Shown: in pieces, positions 38,169-49,613 of the stretch | Layout of the letters: every line of letters begins with the position of its first letter | Position numbering within the stretch: position 1 is the first letter of the stretch | Origin: Lama glama | Taxonomy: Eukaryota | DNA: 64,000 nt | Reading direction: 5' to 3' | Assembly: GCA_028534125.1 (NCBI GenBank) | Contig: CM052832.1 | Location: 19,904,001 to 19,968,000, forward strand | Notes under the pieces: model-generated | Database searches by the model: none | What the model saw: only the letters and a program-made list of their open reading frames with translations | Told to the model about the DNA's origin: nothing | Position numbers and translations under genes: made by a program

Positions 38169-38929
38169 TAAACACAGTAGGACTTCAAAGGATAAATGGA
38201 CATGGAAACCTAAAGATTGGCCTCAGCAACACTGGTGTGTAAGAGCCCCTGACAAGATATAGAGATTTAACCCAACACGGGTAAGCTACTGTCAGTATTA
38301 AAATGTCACTAACTCCTGAACAGTCTCTTTTTCATGCTCTACCTACTGGAGGCCTGAAATCTACTGATCAAATAATTAGAATTCAAAACAGAGGTTAAAA
38401 GCTTACACCAATAATTAAAATTTACCAACCAGCCATGAAGTCACTCTTTCTCCCTTACCTGCTCACTCTCAACTAATATGATGCATTTAATTAATCAGTT
38501 AAAAAGTTATGCTACTCTCATGATAAAAATGATCAAAGTTACTGAAGAAAAAAACAAAATAAAAAAGGCAAAGAAGTTTTTTCTTGCTCATTTGTATGTC
38601 AGAGGATTCAGTGACTTGGCTTGATTACCTAAGATGATCACTCTTCCTCACAAGTGTCTAAGATTGGAGATTAATACCTCTAGGATAATGAAAGAGAAAC
38701 CAAACCAAAAAACACTATCATAAACCAAATACGATACATTGATCTACATGATTGTTTTATTTAATATTACATTATCAGATTAGACAGGGGCTTGGGAATG
38801 TTTGAATTAATCATGGACAAGTCATAATTATATGTTTTGGTTAGCCATGTCCACACAGTAATGACCTCTTCTATCTCATCATTAGACTAAAATAGAATTT
38901 GGGATGTCCTACCTTTAGTCTTTGGGACC

Positions 38930-39215
38930 ATTTAATGCTACTTAGTGATCTCTTCAAGCTGAACAGGGCTCCAATGTAACTTTTCTACTCTGGTCCTTTC
39001 TCCCGTCTCAATTCTGGAGACAGTTCCACTGTTTTGACCAGCTAAAAACCTTTGATCTATCTTTGACTTTGTATTCTTCTCCACCTTTTATTTTATTCTA
39101 TCACAAAGCCTGTCATAACTTCTGTCCAAATGTCTCTGATTCTCCCTTGCTTCTCCATTCAGACTTGTTACCACCTTCAAGGCCAAGTACAATGAAAACA
39201 TACTAATCCTCTTTC
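38930..39215 (+). mobile_element. L2 fragment
   Basis: cccgtctcaattctgg...ccagctaaaaacctttgatctatctttgact...tctatcacaaagcctgtc. Confidence 0.55.
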
Positions 39216-42200
39216 TTCCAATGTGAAAACAAATAACATTAAACTACAAAGCACAAAATCTATGGGGCAACATTAAAATAGCTTTATTTTAGATGGCAAA
39301 AACTTCAACAAATTAATCAAAACTGAAATTTACCCCATTTTTTGGTTGCTACTATTGTTGTTAACCCATGTGTTGCTGGTGCCCAACATATGTTTGCCTC
39401 TATGGGCACATAATACAAATTTGTTAAGGGCTCATAGTTAACAGAGGAAAAGATAGCAAGACAGCTGGGGACATGGGAAGAGGATGAGGATACTTGCTGT
39501 GTAATCACCTCAATACAGAAGAGAACTCTTCCCATTCTCTCCCGTTCTAAGTCCTAGGCAGTGAGCAACTTTTTGTTGTTGAAAAAAATATTTCATAGGA
39601 ATATGCAAAGAGGTTTATAAGTGTAAATGAATGCACAAATGAGTGTTTGTTTCTATGTTTGAGATGTTACTACTCTATGTTTCTTCCTAGACTAGTTTCA
39701 AAACAATGGCACAGCAGAGCCAAAATGACCTGCTTTTTTAGGAAGGCTCATTAGCACATTACCAAAGTCTCATTTTAAAAATTTCTGTGGCATTTTCCCA
39801 CATTAACCTTATCTGCCATAATAGATTTGTGTTTTATTCAATTGTGAAAATGGCACTTTTTCCAATAAGAGATTGGTTAATTTTCTCTTTTACTGAAATG
39901 GCTAATTGGGAAGCTTTTCATATTGAATTAGCATGATCACACCATAGATTTAAAAACATAACTGACTCTCCATAATGCGACTGGAATTACTAGTTTATTC
40001 TTTAACTGTTTTTGTGGCAAAGTGGACCATTTCTCTCCAGGTCTGATGATTCTATAGAGATGTTCATGTTCTTTCTTTATCACTTTGTCCTTTGGTTTCA
40101 AGAACAAGTTTAGACATTTTTATTCTTACCATTTGGTTCTGATGTTTGGGGCATTTAAATCCTTCTCACTGGTGGACTTCTATGAAACATTTTGTTGCTC
40201 TTGCAGTTTAAGGAGATGTTTAAAATCAATTGCATTAACAGTTCCTTTAAGTGAGCTTTTCTGAAGGTTGAAAATAAAATCATCCAGAAACCAGTAAATT
40301 GAAATACATTAACACTACTTCATACTTAAAAATACATATATAGATTATATTATATATATTAGTATAAATGATATATCATTAATATATAATTTACTTTTGC
40401 TTTTTTAAGGAAAGGAATGAATATTTAAAATAATAAACACATAGTAAGAAAAACTGGAAATATTGAAAAGCAGAATGAAGATAATGGAAATGATACAGTT
40501 TTAACAACTTAGCACAACTGAGGCAGTTCTGATGTATTTTTAGATATTTTCCTTGCCTAAGATGTTTCTATAGTTATAATAATCATTTATGCAGTTGACC
40601 ATAATTTTCTCTTTCACTTAGTATTAAATCAAAGGCTTCTTCTCATGATACTGTTTTCTCTTAAATCCCTTTGGGGCCTCAGCAGCCCAGTCCAAGGTCA
40701 TCCCAGTTTAATAACAAGGTAGCTTATGAAGTGATTATATACCTATAAATGTGGAGCAACACTTACAAAGTAACATTTGTGAGTGTTCTAATTAAATGCT
40801 TGAAAGTGGTCTCTTGTACATCTAAAATAACACATTTATGTAAGTAAGAGCAGAGGGTAAATGAAAGATTAATAACCCCAGATCAGAGTCAAGTAATGGC
40901 CAAAGCAAATAATTACTGCTATTGTTGTATTATCTGGACATGGAAAATGGTCTTTGAATTATTGACTTGTGCCTTTAATAGAAAATGATTATAATCATGT
41001 TCCTGGTCTTATAAAATTATAAATTTCATACAGATAGTTATTATTACTTCCCATAATATGTTACTAAGGATGATATGTTTTCTTAATGACTATGATGCTA
41101 GAGTGAGTTGAATAGACTATTTCAGTACAATCTCAGGGTTCATAGAACCATTTTTTATGAGTGTGAATGAACTTCAACCAAAACCATATAATATTTGCTT
41201 ACTGTAGTGGACAGTCTGAGATCAAACATTTTGTAAATTTCAAACTGTTTACATGGATTGTTGTTGCTTCTACTTAAACTTTTATATCTTACATGAGGGA
41301 TGGTTTATTTTTAATATGGATAAATAAGTTTATACTCAAATTCATATGTTGTTAGAAGGAAGTATTGACTCAATTAAAATGGTACTTTGCCTTATGATTA
41401 TTTGCTTTGCTCTTTTTCATAAGATTTTATTAATCAGAATCACTTCAACAAAAGTACAGTAGAAATGTATGGAATCTGCTGGAGACTTAATAAAACTAAA
41501 GAGGCAGGTAGGGGAGTAATAGCACATTCTTTTAAAGAATATGTTTTTACTCATAAGTCAAAACTAAGTATTTGATACTCCTAATTGTCTGTTCTGAGTT
41601 CCTAGAAAGTAATGTACTTCTCGCCTGGATAAACAATTTTTATTAATGACTTTTAAAAATTTGTGTCAGTAACAGAAGGCCACTGAGCTATTCAGTTAAC
41701 CTAAAGTGCATTTTTTCCTGGTTAATGTTCAAATAATATTATTGAGATAGATTTATGTAAGGTTAGTAAATATATATATTGCTTGGACATTAAATTATTG
41801 ACTCATCAGACATGTACCTGAGTATCAAGTGATTCTGAAGCATTTTGACATAATGTTGTTTTTAAGGCTTAGTGTAGTGTAGGTGTTCTGGGTACTTAAT
41901 TCGGGTGTTTAATGACTCTAAATTGAGTTTGATGAGCTTTATAATACTTCTCTAATAAATTTCTCATAAAAACCTGATACAATGCCCTGAAAATACCACA
42001 GATTCATTTTTGGAAATAGAGTCTTCATAGGCCATCTTACTGACTTTTTAAAGGCAGAGTCCTATAAATTATGTGATGAGTTTCATCTTTTCTGGATTGT
42101 GAGGAATAAAATGTTATTCTGAGAAGACAGCACTCCTTGTTTAATTTTCAAGAAAAGTCTCCTTTTTTTCAGAAACTCATAAAACCAAGTCTGACTTGGG

Positions 42201-42239
42201 GAGCACCATGAACTTTTTTCCCACAGAAGTTTCATATGA

Positions 42240-42350
42240 GTATCTATCTATCTATATACCTATCTATCTACTCTCTATATAATTATGTATATAAGTTAAT
42301 ATAAATTTTATACATATTTAGAAAATACTATATATTTTAAATATATTTTT
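42240..42350. repeat. (TATC)n plus AT-rich low complexity
   Basis: tatctatctatctatatacctatctatcta. Confidence 0.7.
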
Positions 42351-43118
42351 TCCCAAGATTTTTCCTCCCCCTTGCATGAAGTCAGTATGGTCTATTTTTC
42401 CCAACAAAAACTATCTCTGGAAAGAGTTCGAAGATGGAAAGCTCTGGAAAGAATTCAGTCACCTGTTGTCTACTTTGATCAAAACTCACCAATATCTGGC
42501 TCTAGAAATTGTAATAATTTCAAATATACTGCATCAGATCTTGGTTTATGTTGACTTCAGTAGCCAATTGGCTGTTCCATTGGCTGCTTAGAGCAGATAT
42601 ATAAAGTAGCACACACATATATCCTTTGAGGTTTGTAGCTTTAATGCTGGCAAATGTTGACCTCAGTGTCAAAGAAAAATAATTATTAAATTAACAGTTT
42701 ATCAGTGGCTAATATTTATATTATTACAAAATGTTCTGTAAAACCTATTACTTTAAGATTATACTGTAAGCTTCAGAATAGCATGCAGTTATACTTTTTG
42801 TACCTTATGGCATATTTGTGATTTTTCCATGAAAAAAAAATTATAGGAAATCAGGTTACATTTCTTATTAGCTTCCTACAAGGCCAACATTTTGAAAGAA
42901 AATGGATGCATGTTATTCACTAGGCTACATTATTTTCAACTGAGGTAAATTTGATAAGATTGTGGCCATGATCCCTTTATGAGAAAATAAGGAAAAAGAT
43001 CTGGGATTTCTAATTCCCTGTAAAGATCTAGTTGCTGGCTGATTTGTGTGTGTTGAGAGGAAAGGAGAGACTGTTTTTTTTTTTTAAGTTCAATATTCCT
43101 GATGGTGCCTGAGAGTCT

Positions 43119-43618
43119 NNNNNNNNNNNNNNNNNNNNNNNNNNNNNNNNNNNNNNNNNNNNNNNNNNNNNNNNNNNNNNNNNNNNNNNNNNNNNNNNNN
43201 NNNNNNNNNNNNNNNNNNNNNNNNNNNNNNNNNNNNNNNNNNNNNNNNNNNNNNNNNNNNNNNNNNNNNNNNNNNNNNNNNNNNNNNNNNNNNNNNNNNN
43301 NNNNNNNNNNNNNNNNNNNNNNNNNNNNNNNNNNNNNNNNNNNNNNNNNNNNNNNNNNNNNNNNNNNNNNNNNNNNNNNNNNNNNNNNNNNNNNNNNNNN
43401 NNNNNNNNNNNNNNNNNNNNNNNNNNNNNNNNNNNNNNNNNNNNNNNNNNNNNNNNNNNNNNNNNNNNNNNNNNNNNNNNNNNNNNNNNNNNNNNNNNNN
43501 NNNNNNNNNNNNNNNNNNNNNNNNNNNNNNNNNNNNNNNNNNNNNNNNNNNNNNNNNNNNNNNNNNNNNNNNNNNNNNNNNNNNNNNNNNNNNNNNNNNN
43601 NNNNNNNNNNNNNNNNNN
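43119..43618. other. assembly gap (500 N)
   Basis: run of exactly 500 n. Confidence 0.99.
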
Positions 43619-45039
43619 GCAGCAGGGCGGTGTAGATCACAAGGCACTAGTGATTTCTGTAACCCCAGATCAAACAGAGAAAAGCTGAGAGTGGGCTGAG
43701 GGGCACAGGACTTCTGCTCCTTATCTCCCTGTCTTCCCAAACACAGCCACCTCGAGACTGTGCACATTATTAATAGCTGTCATTTTTCTTTCTGAACAAA
43801 TCACCTCCATGCAGTTTGCACTCGAGGGTACTGGAGAGTGTCCTGCCTATCTCTGTACATTAAATAACCTTATTGTGGTGCTGAGCTTGGCCATGTCTCT
43901 CCCTTTCTCTGTGGCAGGTGTATTTATCATTTTCCCCACTCTGACATTCCTAGCTCCAGCTGCCAGACCATGCCTGGCACCTTTCTCTCTGTAGATTACT
44001 TTGCATTCTACAGGATTAAAAAGGTTTAGAGAGCAACTGGGAGTTGGCAGGAAGAGCCTGAGTTGTTTAGAAATGTCAGAAAAGTATCAAGACTGCCAGT
44101 TTTCTGGGGGCTGGGATAGGGGGAGAAACAGAAGCACTTTTCAATCAGATTGTAGCACACAAAATACCAGGAAAAAGAGGCAGCAAGGGTCCCTAATATA
44201 ACAACAAATTCTCATATTCTGAGAAGAGTAGAAAGGGAAGAGAGGGAGGAGGATGGTGCAAGGGACAAAGAACTCAGCTTTTCCACCAGGCAACTGGAAA
44301 CTGACAAATCGGACAGCCCAGTACATCACACGCCAATATCACTATTTGGTGTCAGCCAACCTTGTGGGAAGCAGCCATCAGGGAGAAGACAAAGCAGGAG
44401 ATGGGATGCTTGGAAAACAGACATGTGACTAACGCATTTAGCAGCATCTCACTTCCCATTCCACTTTCTGCTTATATTTGAATTTGATTATTTGTGGAGG
44501 AGGGGGCTTTCGTCTTTGATGTGTTTCCTTGTAGAGAGGAGATGTTCCCCAGGGCTCAGGCAGACGCCTTGATCTCCCAAAGCATCTGTGCAGGTGACAC
44601 AGGAAATGTATGAGTGATATTTTTTAATGTGGGATCTATCAGAGGCACAATCACAACCCCTGAGAACAAAGAGGAGTGGTTGTATCTGAACACCCTAAAA
44701 GCTGGATTAAGCATGAAAAATGAATCAGGGGGTGTTATTACTGCACTGTATATATGGATAGATTGGCTACCTCATCCTGCCAATGTTTTGTGCCTTCACC
44801 AGGGGATGTATTCTGAGCAACCTTGGAAAGTGTATGACTCAGTGCAGCAACATAAAGGCACTGAGGCAAAGACACTTGGCAAAGAATTTCCTTGGGTTTG
44901 GCTGAATTTGGAGTGAAACACCCAAGTCAGTTGGCAGACCTCCATGGAAGTGATTTCTACCATGCCATGTGGAGCTTAGCTCACCTTTTGGGACCTTCTC
45001 AGGTAGAGAAGGAGGAAGAGCAAAGTTTCTGGCTTTTCC

Positions 45040-45198
45040 TTCATGGAATGAAGTATAGAAACAGTCTTAAATTAGGAGGCAGAAAGTAGAGTTTTAGTCA
45101 ACCTCTCAGGCTTTTTTCCTCATTTGGATTATGGGTTGGTTGATTTATTTGTAGTGTGGGTCATGGTTGGCCATATGGTTTCTAAGATTCCTTCTAAA
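45040..45198 (+). mobile_element. MIR3-like SINE
   Basis: tagaaacagtcttaaattaggaggcagaa; aacctctcagg...ttcctcatttg; gtttctaagattccttcta. Confidence 0.5.
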
Positions 45199-45722
45199 AC
45201 GAAATCCTATAATTCACATATTAAATTCACACTCCTAGCCTTAACAGCTGGATTAGCCTAGTGAACTCACCCCTGGCCCAGCTGTTCTCTGTGCTTGGGT
45301 CCTATTTGAAGGTATTATCAAGGAAGAGGTAAAATTATCTTCCCTGCTATGATTTCTCTTCACCAGACATTGAGAATTCAGGGGCCAAGGTCAGGGCCAT
45401 CTAAACATACCAGTCAATAAGAAGCTTCCTTTTGGTTAAAGTGTTATTTTCAAGTGCAGCAAAATTTAATCACTTCTTCTTATGAAGAGCAGATTCTGAA
45501 GAGGATCTATGAGAAAAAACTGGATCTTGCTCTTTCTGGATAAATCCATATTCCTATTAATTTCTTTACCTCCTTACATGTATGAAGACTTATTCCATCA
45601 ATGTACCCCCATTCTCTTCTTCTACACAGGATTTCTCCCCTTGGTCTCTCTTTCTTGGGTCTCCTCTTGGCTACATCTTTACCCAGGTTGCTCTACTCAG
45701 ATCTCTCCATCTTATATTCTTC

Positions 45723-45897
45723 TTTTTTTAATTGAAGTATAGTCAGTTTACAATGTTGTGTCAATTTCTGGTGTAGAGCACAATGTTTCAGTTATACAAA
45801 TACATACATAATTTGTTTTCATATTTTTTAGGCTACTAAAAGATATTGAATATAGTTCTATGAGTTCTACAGTAGAAACTTGTTGTTTATCTATTTA
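45723..45897 (-). mobile_element. short young L1 3' terminus
   Basis: tttttttaattgaagtatagtcagtttacaatgttgtgtcaatttctggtgtagagcacaatg. Confidence 0.88.
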
Positions 45898-45929
45898 CAT
45901 TGGTCTTTCCATTTATGCATCAGCATATC

Positions 45930-46790
45930 AGGAGCAAGACAGGAGACAGGAAAGCAAAGGACCTTGTTCTTGTGCAACTTAATTTCTAGTATGCTGCAGG
46001 GGTGGGGAGGGGATTTAATGAGGAGAATGATAAATGATAAGCATCTTCATAAACAAGAAACTTTAACCTAATAAGAACTTTAAAGATAATAAAATTAAAT
46101 GATATAATAGAGACTGAATGAGAGTTGGGACAGGGGACTACTTGAGATCATGAGGAAGGTCTTTCTGAGGAAATGGCTTTTGAACTGAAACTAGAAATCA
46201 CAGGAAAGATCCCATCTCACAAAGATGCATAAAGGAAAAAAGCATTTAAAGCAAAGGGAATAGGAAGTCCAGGACCCATAAGGCCAGCAGGAGGTTGGGC
46301 CTGAAAGGACAAAGGAGGCCAGTGTGGCTGGATCACTGTGAGTAATAAGCAAAGACAGGCAGGGCTTTATCATGAGCCACTGAGGGCTTGGGGGCTGTGG
46401 TTATGATTTGGAGGCTGCCTTTGCAGATTATAAGAAGGAGGTGACATAATCTGATGTATATTTTAAAAAATCATCCTTGCTGTCATGTGGTGAACTGCTC
46501 CTAGAGAGGCAAGAGTAGGACCAAAAAGTCAGTTAAGAGGCTGCTTCAGCAGTTCAGGTGAGACATGATGGTGGCTTGGACGTAGACCACAACAGTGGCT
46601 TGGAGATAGACAGCAGGAGATAGATGAAGACATGATTTTGAGATTAAATCAACAGCTTGGAGAGATACACTAAACCTGTCAGGTAAAGGAGGAGAGAGTG
46701 CTAAGAAGCACTTTGAGATCTCTGGCTTGAGTAATTGAGTATAAGAGGTGACAATGACCAAGAAGGGGGAAGCTGGGCAAGGAACAGCTT
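45930..46790 (-). mobile_element. L2 (L2a-like) fragment
   Basis: ggaaggtctttctgagga; aaggaggccagtgtggctgga; caggtgagacatgatggtggcttggac. Confidence 0.8.
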
Positions 46791-47309
46791 TGAGTGTTGA
46801 TGAAGGATTTGTCTCTGGCCATTTTCTTTACATTCCATCCATTTCAAATAAATATTATGGCTTCTATCTTGGGGCAGGGGACACACCTCACCTTTCCTGT
46901 TTGCATGTGGTGGAATATCCAATCAGGTTGATACTACTGTCTTCCCTCTGCCTGGTACTCACACCTTCCCTGGGAGGAGCAGTGATGTCAAGTAACAGGT
47001 ATTCTTGAATGTATAAAACACTGGTGAGTTGTTTTCTGTTTTGTTTTTGTTTTTGATAAATATGGAGCTTTCTGGTACTTACCGAAAGCTACTGATCCCC
47101 TCCCTCCTGAATAGAATGGAGCACTCTACGTATCAAGATCATGCTTTTTTTAATTTCACTTCTTGACATTTCTTGAAGAACACAGAGCTGAGCACAAACA
47201 ATGGTTCTGATACCATCAAGAAGAAGGATATTGAAATGCACAGCTCCTTGAAAATGGAAACTGGCAGCATTTTTTAATACACATCTAAAGGAGAGTGACC
47301 CTGTGACTT

Positions 47310-47505
47310 GCTATCAATATCGCAGTATTGCTATTACTCAATGCTTTCAATTACAGAATACCATCTGGATCTCACAATAAACTTTTAGGATAAGCAGAAT
47401 GGGGATTTTAAATTCATACTTATACAGATGAAGTAACTGAGATTCAGAAGAAAAGAACTAGCTCCGAATCACAGTGTTAGTGGCTGGTACAGTGAGAACT
47501 CGAGT
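47310..47505 (-). mobile_element. MIR SINE
   Basis: atacagatgaagtaactgagattcagaag...atcacag...ttagtgg. Confidence 0.7.
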
Positions 47506-47623
47506 TACCATGTTTGAGTCTTACACAAATGCTCTTTCACCTCATGGTGCAGCAGAGTTACAAACTGGGAATTGATAGTATCACAGACAAAATTAATCAG
47601 ACCAGGGAAAATTAGTGCAGGTT

Positions 47624-47626
<3 letters not shown>

Positions 47627-47668
<42 letters not shown>
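47627..47668. repeat. (AC)21 microsatellite
   Basis: perfect AC run. Confidence 0.95.
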
Positions 47669-47671
<3 letters not shown>

Positions 47672-48244
47672 GTGCACATGCACACACAGAGGCATAGGCA
47701 ATTTGCAGGACCAAAAGAGTACAGTATTCTAGTTTTGCAAATTTGCTACATTTAATATTTATGTTAACTTTTGTTTCTTGATGAAATGCCAAAACAGAGG
47801 GAGCAGCTAAATGAAATAAAATACTGCCTATTTTACGGAATTTCCCATTTTTTATTTTGAAGCTTGGCATTAACTACATCTAGCCAAATGCCATATATAA
47901 GGGGAGGAAAAAAACCTTTGCAGAAATATCTTATCTGTTTCTTTTTTCACTTTTGTTTTTGTCTGTGTCCCAAACTATTTTAAATGCCAAATTTGAATGT
48001 GTGTGTGTATGTGGCAGGGAGAAGGGGCGGCACTTTCCAGTGAGAAACAATTTGGGATTGAAGGTTTTCTGTCTCGTGTGAAATCAGGATTAAAGCCACA
48101 GGAGGGGCAACTTTGGGATATAGAAATGACGCGGGTAGCATTTCTGGTCATCTTGAGTCCTCACAAGTCCTCCACGACTTCCTACTTAGTACTGTTGCTC
48201 ATCCTATCCTAGACTCCTGAAATGCCTTTCCCCAGGTGACTGAT

Positions 48245-48530
48245 ATGGTCTTAGTCTGTATTCCATGCATCAAATACCAGGTCCAATCTAAGGCTGCTGT
48301 AATGGAGTTCTACAGAATGAGTGGCTTGAACAGCACAAATGTAACATCTTGCAGTTCTGGGACTAGAAGTTCGAGATCAGGGTATCAGCAGTGCTGGTTT
48401 CTTCTAAAGGCTGGCAGGAAAGAGCCTGGTCCAGGCCTCTCTCTTTGCCTAGTACATGGCTGTCTTCTCCATCTGCCTTGGAGCATCATCTTCCCATCTT
48501 GCCTTCTTGCCTTGGTCTCTGTTGCCTCGG
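48245..48530 (-). mobile_element. MLT1 MaLR LTR fragment
   Basis: ggctgctgtaa...gtggcttgaacagcacaaat...cagttctgggactagaagttcgagatcaggg. Confidence 0.75.
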
Positions 48531-48539
48531 GGTCTTTTC

Positions 48540-48680
48540 CAATGCTATTTCTTGTATTCTTTATCCCTGCAACTTTTATGAGAGCTAGGACATGGTCTAT
48601 TTTCTTCACTCCTTCATGACCCCGTCTAGAAGGGTGCCCTCCATGTAGAAAAGGGTTCCAAGGAATCGATTAGTGAATAC
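48540..48680 (+). mobile_element. L2 3' end
   Basis: ttttatgagagctaggacatggtctattttcttcact...ctagaagggtgcc. Confidence 0.55.
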
Positions 48681-49511
48681 CCACCATGAAACTCTTTTGT
48701 AGGGTCCTTGAAAGAAGAAATGGAATCTTCTGGGTGTTTTACTGCAACTCTTAAATACTGAATTGGGCACCCTAACATTTGAAAGCCTTTCATCAGCCAA
48801 GAGCGCATCAGTATTACTTAGGTATATATGCATAGAATCAAAGGTAAGCCTTGCAAAAATATATGAGTTTGTAGCAAGGATTGGGACTCTAGCCTGGTTT
48901 CTTTTAATTCATACTCTTGTCTTTAATTCTGATTTACCTTCAGTCAGTGCATGGACTCACCTTTTTTTTAAAGTCTTCTCTCACTTTGTTCTTTATAAGC
49001 ACTTTGTTGCCTTTCTAAAAGTTATTGCCACTGAATTAGATTTTAATGGAGTTAATATATCAGCATGTTATTTAAGGTTTTAGTCTGTGATTAATCCTAG
49101 AAAAGCTAGGTGAGTGCCTTACCAGAGGGCTGTGTATTCTCCAGGTTGCAGCATTATTCATGTCAGTTACACACGGACAAATACAGAACAGCAGGAAAAA
49201 TGAGGCAAGGAAACAGGGAATCTGGGCTTTGGCACTAGAAGACAAGGGCTAGATTTTTTCCAGGGAATCTCAGATTTCAATTAGAGGGTCTCTGATGAAA
49301 CAGGTAGACTTTAACCCCGTGGTAACTAGGAGTAAGATGCTATGGACTTCTGATCTATGCTTAATGTTGAATTTACAGATTTACCTTCATATTGAACTAT
49401 ATATTATAGTTGAATCTAAACAAGGGACAGATTGTTAGGTTACATGGACCCAAGATGCATGGTTCTATTTTTACCTCTCTCTCCTTGTCAGATGAAAGGG
49501 AACTTAATCTT

Positions 49512-49613
49512 TTAATTTGTCTGTTTTTTATTTTATTTATTTTTTTAATTGAAGTATAGTCAGTTACAATGTGTCCATTTCTGGTGTACAGCATAATGTC
49601 CCAGTCATGCATA
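49512..49613 (-). mobile_element. short young L1 3' terminus
   Basis: ttttttaattgaagtatagtcagttacaatgtgtccatttctggtgtacagcataatgtcccagtcatgcata; aatctt on both flanks (possible TSD). Confidence 0.85.

Noticed and set aside
42936..43767. The three longest ORFs (177-234 aa)
   Set aside because: Artefacts of reading through the 500-N gap
47070..47120. 24-nt minus-strand micro-exon (ttcag...TCG|GTAAGT)
   Set aside because: Weak pyrimidine tract and no other support; such sites are expected by chance
47505..47870. ORFs with CVCV/HTHT runs (also 15595-15872)
   Set aside because: Translations of (CA)n microsatellites
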